In this document: positions 18,234 to 28,519 of the stretch, piece after piece | Numbering within the stretch: position 1 is the first letter of the stretch | Layout: every line of letters starts with the position of its first letter | From: Clostridia bacterium | GTDB lineage: Bacteria; Bacillota; Clostridia; JAAYHZ01 | NCBI GenBank assembly: GCA_050950825.1 | Contig: JBMNIH010000006.1 | Location: forward strand, 1 to 64,000 | Length of the DNA stretch: 64,000 bases | Reading direction: 5' to 3' | The notes under the pieces: generated by a model | Seen by the model: the letters and a program-made list of their open reading frames with translations, nothing else | Databases searched by the model: none | What the model was told of the DNA's origin: nothing | Program-made: the position numbers and the translations under genes

Positions 18234-20039
18234 TTGAAGAAAGCATTATGCTTACTTGTGGTCTTCGTGATGATTATCTCCATGGCTGCTTGTGCGAAAA
18301 GCGAAAAAGAACCGAAGGATACCGGTTCTGCAACCACGACGGCGGCTACGGAAGTGAATCCCTTAGAAGAATTTATGGAAATTACGTGGTTATGCATGGA
18401 AAATGCGAACTACGAAGAAGGCGGATGGGCCGAGCTTGAAATTGAAGAAAAGTTCAATGTGGACATCAAAATTTGGCCTATGGATTCGAACAATACGGAA
18501 CAGATGGCAGCTTTGGTTGCCGCCGGAGACATTGCCGATTACAACGAAATGCGCGGCGGTCCCAGAAGCCCGGTCGATATGTACTTGGAAGGCTTGACTC
18601 GATCCATTCCTCTCCAAGCGATAAAAGATCACCTTCCCGGAATGTATCGCCTGCTGGAAATGATGCCTATCGGATTTAAGTACAATTTGGTTCCCGGAAC
18701 TACGGATGAATATTTGGGATTGACCCATGTCGGCTTCGGTTCCGCTCAATATTTCTATGAAACCGTGTGCATTAATTTGGACTGGCTGGAAGCCATCGGC
18801 TACACCGTGGACAATTTAAAACCGGTAAAAATCGCTACCGAAGGATATGAGCATTTAAGTGAAAACATTTTCGTGGGGGAAGGAAATTTCACCTTCGAAG
18901 AATACAATGACATTTTAAGGAAATTTACGGAAGACGACCCCGACGGAAACGGAGAAGACGATACATACGGAATGATGTATTTCGGCGAAAATGCATGGAC
19001 CAATCAAACACAAGAAGGTTTGTTCGGATTTGTGCATGAAGCGAATTATTTATACAAGGATCCGGTAACCGGTAACATCGTTCCGAAATATGCCTATACG
19101 CCCTACCGCGATTATTTGGCATGGTTGTCGGAAATGTTAGGAAAAGGATACATTCGCCGTACTCCGGGTCAGGAATCCTGGGTTAACGAATATTCGGCTA
19201 TAAGCGCTACCAACAAGGTAGGTGTTATGCAAGCACACCGTGACGGATATCTGCAGCTTACCAGCGATCTTTATCGCAATTATCCGCCTCAAAACATTCT
19301 CCTTGGCGTGGACCCCGATGCCCGTTTCGTTCTCGGACCCATGTTTAAAGGTCCCGAAGGAATCATGGTGGACTGCACATACAGCATCGACACCTTCGGA
19401 ACGGGACTCTCTCGTGTGGATATGATCGGAAACCAAGTTTCGGATGAAAAATTGGCTCGTATTCTTGCCATCTTCCAATACACCATTTATACGAGCGAAG
19501 AGCTTTTCAACCGTTACCACATCGGTATCGAAGGAATCCACTGGAAGTGGGCCGGAGAACCTTATAAGAGTGCAAAAATCACGACGCCTCAAGCCAACCT
19601 GGATCCCGAATACAGAGGACACTTAAGAACCTTTACCGGATGGTTGATGCAATGGCCGACCGCCCAAATGGAAATTGACAACGCGCTGAATGACGGATAC
19701 TGGTCCGTACCGGCCTATATGTATGCTTACGATCTGCATGAAAAATACGCATGCGTACCGGAAAAATACATATCCGAAATCTATATGGGCACGGATCTTT
19801 ACAAAAAATACGTAGAGTTGAATGCGGAAATCAATCCCCAAATCACACCTATTGTTAACGATTTCAAATCGAGAGCGTTAAAGGGTGAAATTGCAAACTT
19901 CAACACGGAATGGTCCCAATACATCGATCAATTGTATTCGGCCGGATTGCAAAAATTAATCGACGAAATTTTCAACAATCCGGAATACGAAAAATTCAAT
20001 CCGGGTGACAAGTTCAAGATCAAGGGCCCCCTATACTAA
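18234..20039 (+). CDS. Extracellular solute-binding lipoprotein (carbohydrate ABC type), orphan
   Basis: AAGGAGG RBS, TTG start, lipobox MAAC, DPDGNGEDDTYG motif; no permease genes adjacent. Confidence 0.85.
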   Translation: MKKALCLLVVFVMIISMAACAKSEKEPKDTGSATTTAATEVNPLEEFMEITWLCMENANYEEGGWAELEIEEKFNVDIKIWPMDSNNTEQMAALVAAGDIADYNEMRGGPRSPVDMYLEGLTRSIPLQAIKDHLPGMYRLLEMMPIGFKYNLVPGTTDEYLGLTHVGFGSAQYFYETVCINLDWLEAIGYTVDNLKPVKIATEGYEHLSENIFVGEGNFTFEEYNDILRKFTEDDPDGNGEDDTYGMMYFGENAWTNQTQEGLFGFVHEANYLYKDPVTGNIVPKYAYTPYRDYLAWLSEMLGKGYIRRTPGQESWVNEYSAISATNKVGVMQAHRDGYLQLTSDLYRNYPPQNILLGVDPDARFVLGPMFKGPEGIMVDCTYSIDTFGTGLSRVDMIGNQVSDEKLARILAIFQYTIYTSEELFNRYHIGIEGIHWKWAGEPYKSAKITTPQANLDPEYRGHLRTFTGWLMQWPTAQMEIDNALNDGYWSVPAYMYAYDLHEKYACVPEKYISEIYMGTDLYKKYVELNAEINPQITPIVNDFKSRALKGEIANFNTEWSQYIDQLYSAGLQKLIDEIFNNPEYEKFNPGDKFKIKGPLY

Positions 20040-20050
20040 GGGTAACCTTA

Positions 20051-20089
20051 AAAGCCTTTTCGGAAAATTTTTCCGATTAGGCTTTTTTT
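20051..20089 (+). terminator. Rho-independent terminator
   Basis: AAAGCCT..CGGAAAA/TTTTCCG..AGGCTTTTTTT. Confidence 0.7.
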
Positions 20090-20161
20090 AATGCCGAAAT
20101 CCTCTCGATCGTGCTATAATAAAGCCGATATTGTAACAGCTCGAAAATCAGGGGGGACTTC

Positions 20162-20731
20162 ATGAAGATCGTAAAGCAAATACTCGAGTGGGTGATTCAC
20201 ATTGCCATTTGCGTTGCCGTCGCTTTGTCCGTGGTTTTGTTTGTGGCTCAATTTACTTACGTGGAGGGCCATTCCATGGAGCCTACATTAAGGGACAAGG
20301 ACCGCATTTTAATCAGCAAAGTACAAACCACCTTGGGCATACAACCGAAAAGGGGTGACATTGTAGTCATCGACAGCCGTATATACAAAACTCGAAACTT
20401 TATCGATCTTTTCAAGGACTATTTTCGATACAACATTATTGCCTACAAGATAACCGGCAACAAGCCGGATCCTGTCTTTCTGGTGAAAAGGGTCATCGGA
20501 CAGCCGGGAGACGTTTTGGAGTTTAAAGACGGCCAATTGTATATCAACAACGAACCCGTATCGGAACCCTACATCAGAGAAAAAATGGTCTGGTTTCCTA
20601 ACAAAGTGATTACCGTTCCCGAAGGCCATGTGTTCGTAATGGGAGACAACCGCAACGAAAGTGCCGACAGCCGGCAAATGGGCTGCATTCCCATTAGCCA
20701 TATCGTGGGTTTTTATCTTTTGACCTTTTGA
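20162..20731 (+). CDS. lepB: Signal peptidase I
   Basis: GHSMEPTL, LVKRVIG and GDNRNESADSR motifs. Confidence 0.93.
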   Translation: MKIVKQILEWVIHIAICVAVALSVVLFVAQFTYVEGHSMEPTLRDKDRILISKVQTTLGIQPKRGDIVVIDSRIYKTRNFIDLFKDYFRYNIIAYKITGNKPDPVFLVKRVIGQPGDVLEFKDGQLYINNEPVSEPYIREKMVWFPNKVITVPEGHVFVMGDNRNESADSRQMGCIPISHIVGFYLLTF

Positions 20732-20739
20732 ACCGGGCT

Positions 20740-21696
20740 TTAAAATAGGGTTTGTGCAAGATATATGATAAAAGGCAAAGTAGCCGTGCACAAAACGGTA
20801 GAGTACAATACGGCGCGGGATGCAAAATCCGGGTAGTTTTTGTACTCTACGGCTATTAAGGCGGTGTTTACCGCCGTAGGAACGGAAGAAGAAATCAAGG
20901 TGACTTGGGCCGGAATCCCTTCCAGCTTCAAAAGAAAGATCACTCCTAGCGCCAATAACGGTCCGCCCAAAAGCCGAAGGACGGAAGACAGAAGAATGTT
21001 TTGGTCCGGTTTATGAAGCTTTGTCCTTGCCAATTGAATGCCCAATATGATAAGGGCCGTGGCTACAAGGGCGTTTCGCAAATATTCCAATGCCGGCCAA
21101 AAAGGCATTTTGGTCAAATCCAAGGGCAGCGCCTTCAACAAAAAAGCCGAAGGAATCATATAGACCGCAGGCATTTTAAAGATTTTTTTCAAGGAATCCT
21201 TCCACTTCATTTTTGCTTTCCCTGCATTGAAAAAACCCAAGGTGTTGGTGGTGATATTTTGAACCGTCAAAACCATGATTTGGGCGGTTAATGCCGCATT
21301 TAGAAACGGAGTTTGGCCGTCTATGATAAAAGGCGGACGGCTGAAAATCAAGGTGATCAAGGGAATGCCGATGTTTCCGCTGTTGTAAAAAATGACGGAA
21401 TTGATAAAGGCGTACTTCATCCCGGAATCGAATTTACGAAATTTTGACAATAAGCTTGCGGCGCCGGTATTTACGATCATGATGATAACGGCGGCCGCCA
21501 ATACCTTTAACATTTCCAAAGGAATGGGAGTGGAATACAAATACACAAAGGTAAAAGAAGGCACCAGCAAATAGAAATTGATTTTCGTCAACGTGCCGAT
21601 GTCCATTGAAAATTTTTTGGCCGACATATACCCCAGCCCCACAAGAAGAAAAATAGGGAAGATGTTGTTGGCCAGTATGTTCAGCATAATACGCAT
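20740..21696 (-). CDS. AEC-family (auxin efflux carrier/malate permease) transporter
   Basis: NSGNIGIPL and PTAVNTALIA motifs; about 10 TM segments; start uncertain. Confidence 0.85.
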   Translation of the reverse strand: MRIMLNILANNIFPIFLLVGLGYMSAKKFSMDIGTLTKINFYLLVPSFTFVYLYSTPIPLEMLKVLAAAVIIMIVNTGAASLLSKFRKFDSGMKYAFINSVIFYNSGNIGIPLITLIFSRPPFIIDGQTPFLNAALTAQIMVLTVQNITTNTLGFFNAGKAKMKWKDSLKKIFKMPAVYMIPSAFLLKALPLDLTKMPFWPALEYLRNALVATALIILGIQLARTKLHKPDQNILLSSVLRLLGGPLLALGVIFLLKLEGIPAQVTLISSSVPTAVNTALIAVEYKNYPDFASRAVLYSTVLCTATLPFIIYLAQTLF

Positions 21697-21809
21697 AAGG
21701 TTGATCTCTTTTGCAAAAAAAATATTTTCTGATATGATAATCGAGAAATTCGAAAGTTGCAAGAAAAGATACGTTTAATACAAAAGGAGCATAAAAGTTT
21801 TTTATAGCC

Positions 21810-22562
21810 ATGAAGAATTATAAATTGATTATCCAATACGACGGTACCCGATACAAAGGGTGGCAACGGTTAGGAAATACGGAAAACACAATACAAGAAA
21901 AAATCGAAAAGGTGCTGACGGAATTCGAGGGCGCACCCGTCGAAATCATCGGGAGCAGCCGAACCGATGCGGGAGTCCATGCTTTACATCAAGTAGCCAA
22001 TGTCAAATTAAAAAACGACCCTTCTCCCTCGGAGGTCAAAGAATATTTGAATCGGTATTTGCCGGAGGATATCGGCGTCATCGAAGTCGAGGAAGTACAA
22101 GAGCGATTCCATGCTCGATTCAACGCAAGGTACAAGACCTATTTGTATAAAATATGGAACCGGAAGCACCCGAATCCCTTTATGCGAAAGTACAGCATGC
22201 ATATACCGGAGGATTTAAACGTGGAGGCCATGAAAAAAGCTTCCCGTCATTTTATAGGAACCCATGACTTTACCGCTTTTTCCAACGTAAGGTCCAAAAC
22301 CAAGTCCTTTGTCCGTACCGTTGAGGCCGTAACCGTTGAAGAAAAAGACGGGTTTATTGATATTCGTATTACCGGAGACGGTTTTTTGCACAACATGGTA
22401 CGAAAAATTGTCGGTTGTTTGGTCCAAACGGGAAAAGGACTTCTGCCGGAGGAAGAGATCCCGAGCATTATCGAGTCCAAGGACAGAAGCCGGGTTCTTT
22501 TTATGGCGGAAGCAAAGGGCTTATTTTTGGAATCCGTTGTTTTTGATTCGCCGAAAGATTGA
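21810..22562 (+). CDS. truA: tRNA pseudouridine(38-40) synthase
   Basis: YDGTRYKGWQ, SRTDAGVHA and GFLHNMVR motifs. Confidence 0.95.
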   Translation: MKNYKLIIQYDGTRYKGWQRLGNTENTIQEKIEKVLTEFEGAPVEIIGSSRTDAGVHALHQVANVKLKNDPSPSEVKEYLNRYLPEDIGVIEVEEVQERFHARFNARYKTYLYKIWNRKHPNPFMRKYSMHIPEDLNVEAMKKASRHFIGTHDFTAFSNVRSKTKSFVRTVEAVTVEEKDGFIDIRITGDGFLHNMVRKIVGCLVQTGKGLLPEEEIPSIIESKDRSRVLFMAEAKGLFLESVVFDSPKD

Positions 22563-22624
22563 TATTTGCTTTCGAATTCAGTATGATGGTTGTAATGAAT
22601 TTTTGATCGTGAGGTGTTCACGCT

Positions 22625-23971
22625 ATGTCTGAAAATTTTCGGTTCGGAGCTTCGAAGGATATTATAACGCCCTGCATGGAAACCACCATGATGGGCTTTG
22701 GCAGTGTATACGGAAAGCCTTTTGAAGGAATACACGACGATTTATACGTCCGAGTGCTTCAATTGCAAGACGAAAATAACACGATTTTTCTCATCGCCTT
22801 GGATCTTTTGTTCCATGACGATTCTTTGCCCGATCGCTTGAGAGCCTATGTAAAGGACAAGTACGGCGTTCCCTATGACAATCTTCTTGTCATCTATACC
22901 CACACCCACTACGGTCCCGTGGTAAAAGGGTATGATTTTGTTTTCTACAACGAAGCATACGAGGAATTTTTATTCCAAAGAATTAGCCAATGCATCGACC
23001 GTACCTATTTGAACCTTTGCGAAGGAACCATGGAATATTCGGCCGTTGACGGGGAATGGAATATTAGCCGCCGACGCATTGAGAACGGCGTGGCCAACCC
23101 CTCCATCCTGCCCAGCCCGGACGGAGATGCGGATAAAAAGATGTATCTTTTAAAGCTCAGCGATACCCAAGGTCGCATACGGGCTATGGCCGTGAATTTC
23201 GCTTGCCATCCGTCCAATTTGAACACGTATACCGTATTATCCGGGGAATACCCGGCAAGGCTTTGCCATATGATCGAAGCGTACAACTACGGCTGCACCG
23301 CTTTGTTTTTCCAAGGAGCGGGCGGAGACTCGAAGCTGAAAATCGGAGCGAAAAGCTCCAAATTCCATCCCATTACTTATGATGAATGCAACGAGGTAGC
23401 CTCCTCCATGGCTCTTCGTGTGCAGAACGCTCTTTTGAACGGTAAATGGAAAAGGATCGACGTGAATTTGGCAAGCAAGATGTTCAAAATTCAAATGCCG
23501 TTGGATGTATACCCGAAGTCCGTTTTCGAAGAAGAGCTTAGAAGCTATACCAAAAACCAAGACGTACGGTTCGATAAATCCATGATAAACGACCGCACCT
23601 ATACGTCCAATCATCTTTTCTGGGCATGCTCGCAATATATTGTGGACCATTACGACGAAATGCCGGATTACATCATGCTAAACTGCGGCGTAATCCGTTT
23701 GGCCGATGACTTTTATATATTCACCGTAGGCGGAGAACCTTCGGTAGACGTAAAAAGAGTTTTGGAAAGGATAATGACCGACAAAACCATGCTGTTTTTC
23801 GGATACAACGATGCCATCGCTTACGTTCCCAGCGACAAGATGCTAAAAGAAGGGGGATACGAAGCGGGAGACCGATCCGTTGTAGAATATCGAATGAAAG
23901 GGTCATTCCGGTTCGGTATGGACGAACGCTTTATAAAAGGCTTTAAAGAAGCCATGGAAAGCTTAGGATAA
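22625..23971 (+). CDS. Neutral/alkaline ceramidase-like hydrolase
   Basis: HDDLYVR, THTHYGP, NFACHP, FFQGAGGD and EGGYE motifs. Confidence 0.75.
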   Translation: MSENFRFGASKDIITPCMETTMMGFGSVYGKPFEGIHDDLYVRVLQLQDENNTIFLIALDLLFHDDSLPDRLRAYVKDKYGVPYDNLLVIYTHTHYGPVVKGYDFVFYNEAYEEFLFQRISQCIDRTYLNLCEGTMEYSAVDGEWNISRRRIENGVANPSILPSPDGDADKKMYLLKLSDTQGRIRAMAVNFACHPSNLNTYTVLSGEYPARLCHMIEAYNYGCTALFFQGAGGDSKLKIGAKSSKFHPITYDECNEVASSMALRVQNALLNGKWKRIDVNLASKMFKIQMPLDVYPKSVFEEELRSYTKNQDVRFDKSMINDRTYTSNHLFWACSQYIVDHYDEMPDYIMLNCGVIRLADDFYIFTVGGEPSVDVKRVLERIMTDKTMLFFGYNDAIAYVPSDKMLKEGGYEAGDRSVVEYRMKGSFRFGMDERFIKGFKEAMESLG

Positions 23972-23976
23972 ATCCT

Positions 23977-24609
23977 ATGGATCGTATACGGAAAGAAAAC
24001 TTAATCAGACGTTTCGCGGTCATGGTCTTCGGCATCCTGTTCATGGGATTCGGTATCGCTTTGGCCCGTGTTGCAAAAATGGGGACCGACCCCTATACTT
24101 GCTTGAATTTAGGCATAAGCGGCGTGTTAAACATCAGCTTCGGAACATGGCAATTGATTTTGAATTTGGTTTTGATTGCGGCGGTGTTTTTCTATGACAA
24201 ATCCTTTATCGGCATCGCGACGGTGGTGAACATGGTGGGCGTTGGCTACGTATCGGACTTTTTCGCAGGCCTTTACGTAAAGCTGTTCGAGGACCCCTCC
24301 GCCATACCCTTACGATTATTGCTGATGGCCTTTGCCGTGGTCATTTCCGGGCTGTCCTGCGCCATGTATTTGGCGGCAAAATTGGGAACCTCTCCTTACG
24401 ACTGCGTGGCTTTTATCATCAAGGGGTTGTCCAAGGACAAGCTGTCTTTTCGTGTGGCGCGGATTATCGGCGACGTCACCTGCGTGGCCGTGGGCTTTGC
24501 CTTAGGCAGTATCGTCGGTATCGGTACCGTGGCCATGGCGCTGTTGACCGGACCGTTGGTACAGTATTTTACAAAGGTTTTCAAAAGGATATGGACATTT
24601 TTACCGTAA
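23977..24609 (+). CDS. YczE/YitT-like membrane protein
   Basis: Duplicated G.DP / G.SPYD and GI.TV motifs; hydrophobic. Confidence 0.8.
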   Translation: MDRIRKENLIRRFAVMVFGILFMGFGIALARVAKMGTDPYTCLNLGISGVLNISFGTWQLILNLVLIAAVFFYDKSFIGIATVVNMVGVGYVSDFFAGLYVKLFEDPSAIPLRLLLMAFAVVISGLSCAMYLAAKLGTSPYDCVAFIIKGLSKDKLSFRVARIIGDVTCVAVGFALGSIVGIGTVAMALLTGPLVQYFTKVFKRIWTFLP

Positions 24610-24628
24610 GAGAAGGGAGATAAGGTTT

Positions 24629-25360
24629 ATGTTAATGGACAGGTATTGGGAACATATCAACGATTTGTACGATAAAATTAAAAGTACCCAAAGAGAAAAC
24701 ATCATAAAAGCGGGAAAATTGATTGCGGATGCGGTGGACCAAGGCGCTTGCGTGCATATCTGCGATTCCGGACACATCATCGATTCCGAATTGATTTACA
24801 GAGGCGGCGGATTGATTCTTTACAAGAAATTTAAGTACAATCTGTCGGTGGAAAACCCGGTTCGAAAAAGGGACCGCTCCGACCTCGACACCTCCATGGA
24901 GGGATTGGCGGCTTATGCTCTTAAAGCCTCCGGTGCACGTCCCGGAGACGTGATGATTTTAGGTTCCGTATCCGGCCGTACCCTATCGGTAGTGGATTTG
25001 GCCTACGAAGCGAAAAAGTGGGGGTTAAAGACCATTGTCATTACATCCATGTCCTATGCTACGTCGGTGGACAGTCCCCATTCTTCGGGCTTAAAGCTGT
25101 ACGAGCTAGGGGACGTGGTATTGGATAATTGCGCTCCGGCAGCGGAAGCCCTTATGGAAGTGGAAGGATTGGAACCGAGGATCTGTGCGGCATCCGGTTT
25201 GTCGGCGGCCTTCATTATGTGGAGCGTTACCACGGTGGTTGTAGAAGAATTGATGAAAAAAGGCAAGGTTCCGGGCGTTTTGAAAAGCGCAAACTACCCG
25301 GGCGGCAACGACTACAACAAAACCTACGTAGAACCTCGATACGAAAAAGAAGGATTGTAA
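24629..25360 (+). CDS. SIS-domain sugar isomerase-like protein
   Basis: SGH, SVSGR, D.VLDNC and SANYPGG motifs. Confidence 0.82.
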   Translation: MLMDRYWEHINDLYDKIKSTQRENIIKAGKLIADAVDQGACVHICDSGHIIDSELIYRGGGLILYKKFKYNLSVENPVRKRDRSDLDTSMEGLAAYALKASGARPGDVMILGSVSGRTLSVVDLAYEAKKWGLKTIVITSMSYATSVDSPHSSGLKLYELGDVVLDNCAPAAEALMEVEGLEPRICAASGLSAAFIMWSVTTVVVEELMKKGKVPGVLKSANYPGGNDYNKTYVEPRYEKEGL

Positions 25361-25370
25361 CGAAGAAAAT

Positions 25371-25403
25371 AAAAAAGGGGATGCTCGTAACATCCCCCTT
25401 TTT
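25371..25403. terminator. Bidirectional terminator
   Basis: AAAAAAGGGGATG..CATCCCCCTTTTT between convergent genes. Confidence 0.8.
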
Positions 25404-25415
25404 GTTGCCGTAAAA

Positions 25416-26252
25416 TCATACGAACAATTTAACCAAGGTAAAAGATCCTAAAGCAAGGGTTGCAAAACCGATGATGATTCGAAAATGCCCGGTATTGATT
25501 TTTTTTACCGACAAGGCGGAAAAAGGAATCGAAATAAGACCGCCTACAAGGAGCAGGGGCACCAATTTCCAATCGATGAATGCGCCGGAAATAAAATAGG
25601 CGGAAGCACCGACCAAACAGGTCAATGCTTCCGATACGGACGTAATGGCAACCGCGTTTTTACCGTCCACCCCGGATAGAATTTGACCTCCTGTGACAAC
25701 CGGACCGTATCCGCCGCCGCTGATACCCTTGTTAAAGGAGGCGATGATCGATAGGACGGTCAATTTCGACCATGTGAAGGTAAATTGCTTGTTGTAAGTA
25801 ACCAATATGTAAATGCCAATGGTAACAACCAATACGCCAATATATAGTTTTAAGTAAAATGAGGGAAGGTTGATGGCGACCGCAGATCCGGTTACAGCGC
25901 CTAAAGCGCTGAAAAGACCGATTAACAAAGCAATTTTCAAATGTTGAGACATACCCTTTTGAATCGTGGCAAAAAAGCCGTTTTCCTTAATGCTGTTTAC
26001 TATTTTTTTGGGGTTGAGGGTTTTTACACGGAAATCCACGTTTCCCACTTTGGCATGCATGATACCGGCTGCAAACCCCGTAAACAGCTCCGCTAACAAC
26101 ACGGCAGGAACCACCTGCATCGGTTCAAAACCCATCATAAGCAATATGGGCGTCAATGCCGTACCGTACCCCATCCCTAAGGTGGAATCGATATATTCCG
26201 TAAGGCATCCGATGATGATAATGACGAATCCTATGGCAAACGTTATTTCCAT
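25416..26252 (-). CDS. Sulfite exporter TauE/SafE family protein
   Basis: LGMGYG and GISGGGYGPV motifs. Confidence 0.88.
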   Translation of the reverse strand: MEITFAIGFVIIIIGCLTEYIDSTLGMGYGTALTPILLMMGFEPMQVVPAVLLAELFTGFAAGIMHAKVGNVDFRVKTLNPKKIVNSIKENGFFATIQKGMSQHLKIALLIGLFSALGAVTGSAVAINLPSFYLKLYIGVLVVTIGIYILVTYNKQFTFTWSKLTVLSIIASFNKGISGGGYGPVVTGGQILSGVDGKNAVAITSVSEALTCLVGASAYFISGAFIDWKLVPLLLVGGLISIPFSALSVKKINTGHFRIIIGFATLALGSFTLVKLFV

Positions 26253-26280
26253 AATTCCCTCCGAAAAATGCGCTTTAATT

Positions 26281-26314
26281 AAAGTATATTAACTCTACCG
26301 AGTTAGTATACTTT
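26281..26314. promoter_or_regulatory. 34-bp near-perfect palindrome upstream of tauE; candidate Rrf2/CymR operator
   Basis: AAAGTATATTAACTC-TACC-GAGTTAGTATACTTT. Confidence 0.55.
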
Positions 26315-26481
26315 AGCAAAGGAAAATATGCAACGGTTTTGGAAAAGAAATAAAGATTTATTTTCGACGATTTGCTATTTTCAAATTTCATTAGCAAGTA
26401 CAAATTTCTTCAAGATAATTCAATATAAACTAAATGATTTTGATTATAATTCAAGAAACACGAAGAAAGGTGGAATCTTGA

Positions 26482-27873
26482 ATGGTAACCCGGTTTAAGC
26501 AATTATCCTATGAAAATTTAAACGACTTTATTTTCGGTTCGGCTCGAACACCCGTAACCTTTAAAAATGGAATGGTAATTGGCGGAGGATTCGTATATCC
26601 TGAGCTTAATTTTACACTGCCAACCATGTTGATTACGAAAGATTCCATGCCTGAAGTAATCAAAGAATACAAGAGTATCGTTGACGATGCATGCAAAAGA
26701 GCGAAAGAGCTCTATTCTTCCGGTATCGTTGTCGAGGTCGAACTGATGCCTCCCACTACCTACAATCCCCTGTGGGGAATAGAAATTACAAAAGTCGTAA
26801 GGGATATCATGTACGAGTACGAAGCCAAGCACGGCTTAAAAAGCGTCCTTCGGATCACTCCCGTGGATATTAGGGAAGATAAGCATTCGCCGCACATGTG
26901 GCACGGAAGCCACTGGGATGCCATTATGGAAACATTCCAAGGATGCGCAAAGGCGGGAGCGGAATTATTGTCCATCGAATCCATTGGGGGCAAAAACCTC
27001 CACGATGAGGCGATCATGTACTGTGAAATTGACAAGTCGTTATTCTCTTTAGGGATTCTCGGTGCCAAGGACATGGCAAGGCTTTGGAAAGAAATCAAGG
27101 GAATTGCCGATGATACCGGAACGATTCCCGCCGGCGATACCGCTTGCGGCTTTGCCAATACCGCCATGGTGCTTGCCAACAAAGGATACATACCGAAGGT
27201 GTTTGCCGCCGTGGTTCGCGTAATTTCGTCGGTACGAAGCATGATTGCCATTGAGGAGGGCGCAAAAGGTCCCCATAAGGATTGCGGCTACGAAGGTGTA
27301 TATGTAAAAGCCATTACCGGCATCCCCATTTCGGCGGAAGGAAAGTCCAGTGCATGCGCCCACCTAAGCCCGGTAGGGAATATTGCGGCTTGCGTGGCGG
27401 ACCTTTGGAGCAACGAATCCGTCCAAAACGTTAAGCTTCTAGGTGGACCGGCTCCCACCGTTTCCATGGAACAGCTGATTTACGATTGCAGGCTGATGAA
27501 CAAGGCTACGGAAACCGGAAAGCAAAACGCTCTTTTATTAAGAGATCTGTTCTGCGAATCCGACAGCAAATACGATCCCCAAGCATACGTATTAAGACCG
27601 GATGTGGTCATTGACATTTCAAAAGAAATCATTAAAGAAGACACGCCTTTTATGCGTTCCAAGGTTGCCGGATTGGCGGCGGTCAAAGCCTTACGAAAAG
27701 CCATCTATGAGAACAAGCTCATTGTGGACAGTAAAGAAATCGCTTGGCTGGATACGATGGAAAGCCGGCTGGAGGAAGTTCCGGACGACGAAGAAGCCTT
27801 CGTATACGAAATGATGGAAAAAGATTTTTCCGGCAAAATGAATCCTGAAAAATACGATCTTAAAACACGCTAG
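26482..27873 (+). CDS. mtaB: Methanol:corrinoid methyltransferase MtaB
   Basis: GGGFVYPELNF, SIESIGGK, GDTACGFANTAM, KDCGYEG, EGKSSACAH and DLWSNESVQN motifs. Confidence 0.9.
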   Translation: MVTRFKQLSYENLNDFIFGSARTPVTFKNGMVIGGGFVYPELNFTLPTMLITKDSMPEVIKEYKSIVDDACKRAKELYSSGIVVEVELMPPTTYNPLWGIEITKVVRDIMYEYEAKHGLKSVLRITPVDIREDKHSPHMWHGSHWDAIMETFQGCAKAGAELLSIESIGGKNLHDEAIMYCEIDKSLFSLGILGAKDMARLWKEIKGIADDTGTIPAGDTACGFANTAMVLANKGYIPKVFAAVVRVISSVRSMIAIEEGAKGPHKDCGYEGVYVKAITGIPISAEGKSSACAHLSPVGNIAACVADLWSNESVQNVKLLGGPAPTVSMEQLIYDCRLMNKATETGKQNALLLRDLFCESDSKYDPQAYVLRPDVVIDISKEIIKEDTPFMRSKVAGLAAVKALRKAIYENKLIVDSKEIAWLDTMESRLEEVPDDEEAFVYEMMEKDFSGKMNPEKYDLKTR

Positions 27874-27931
27874 TACGGTTTACATGGAAACGGCCCTTTA
27901 CGCTTTTTACGGAAGCTTGGGGCCGTTTCAT

Positions 27932-28333
27932 TTATACAAGATCTTTTAATGTAGTGTTCTCCAATCGGCGGGCGGCGTAGCTTCGAATATCCTTCATAAT
28001 CTCCAATAGCTTTTCGTTTTGCTCGATGGGGGTTTTTTCATAGAAATAGATGCTTGCCGAACCGACCGGAGCCAAAGGACCGTCGATAAGACGAATAATT
28101 TCGGCTACCGTGATATCTTCCGGATTTTTCGCCAAGCGGTATCCCCCTTGGGAGCCTCGTACGCTTTTTACGTAACCGGTTCCCTTCAGTTGGAGAAGGA
28201 TTTGCTCCAAGTATTTTTTGGGAATGCTGCATCTTTCGCAAATGTCCACGATCCGAATGGTATCCTGTTCATCCAGCTTCGCCATTTCCACCAAGGCCAA
28301 CAGAGCGTATTCGCTTTTTCTTGAAAGCCTCAT
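27932..28333 (-). CDS. Rrf2-family transcriptional regulator (CymR-like; lacks the IscR three-Cys motif)
   Basis: YLEQIL..LK..G.V.S.RG..GGY.LA motif. Confidence 0.9.
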   Translation of the reverse strand: MRLSRKSEYALLALVEMAKLDEQDTIRIVDICERCSIPKKYLEQILLQLKGTGYVKSVRGSQGGYRLAKNPEDITVAEIIRLIDGPLAPVGSASIYFYEKTPIEQNEKLLEIMKDIRSYAARRLENTTLKDLV

Positions 28334-28519
28334 AACCGTCCCCTTCTTTGTTTTTCACCGAAAACGGTGATTATAAAAAGATTATATCATGATGAAAAAT
28401 AAATAAAAACGGGACCTTTCGCAAGAATGATGAATAAATTTCACGTAGATTCACATAATTTTTTTAAGAAAACGATTGACTTTTCATTTTGATGTGATAA
28501 AGTTGTATCAATAAAATTT

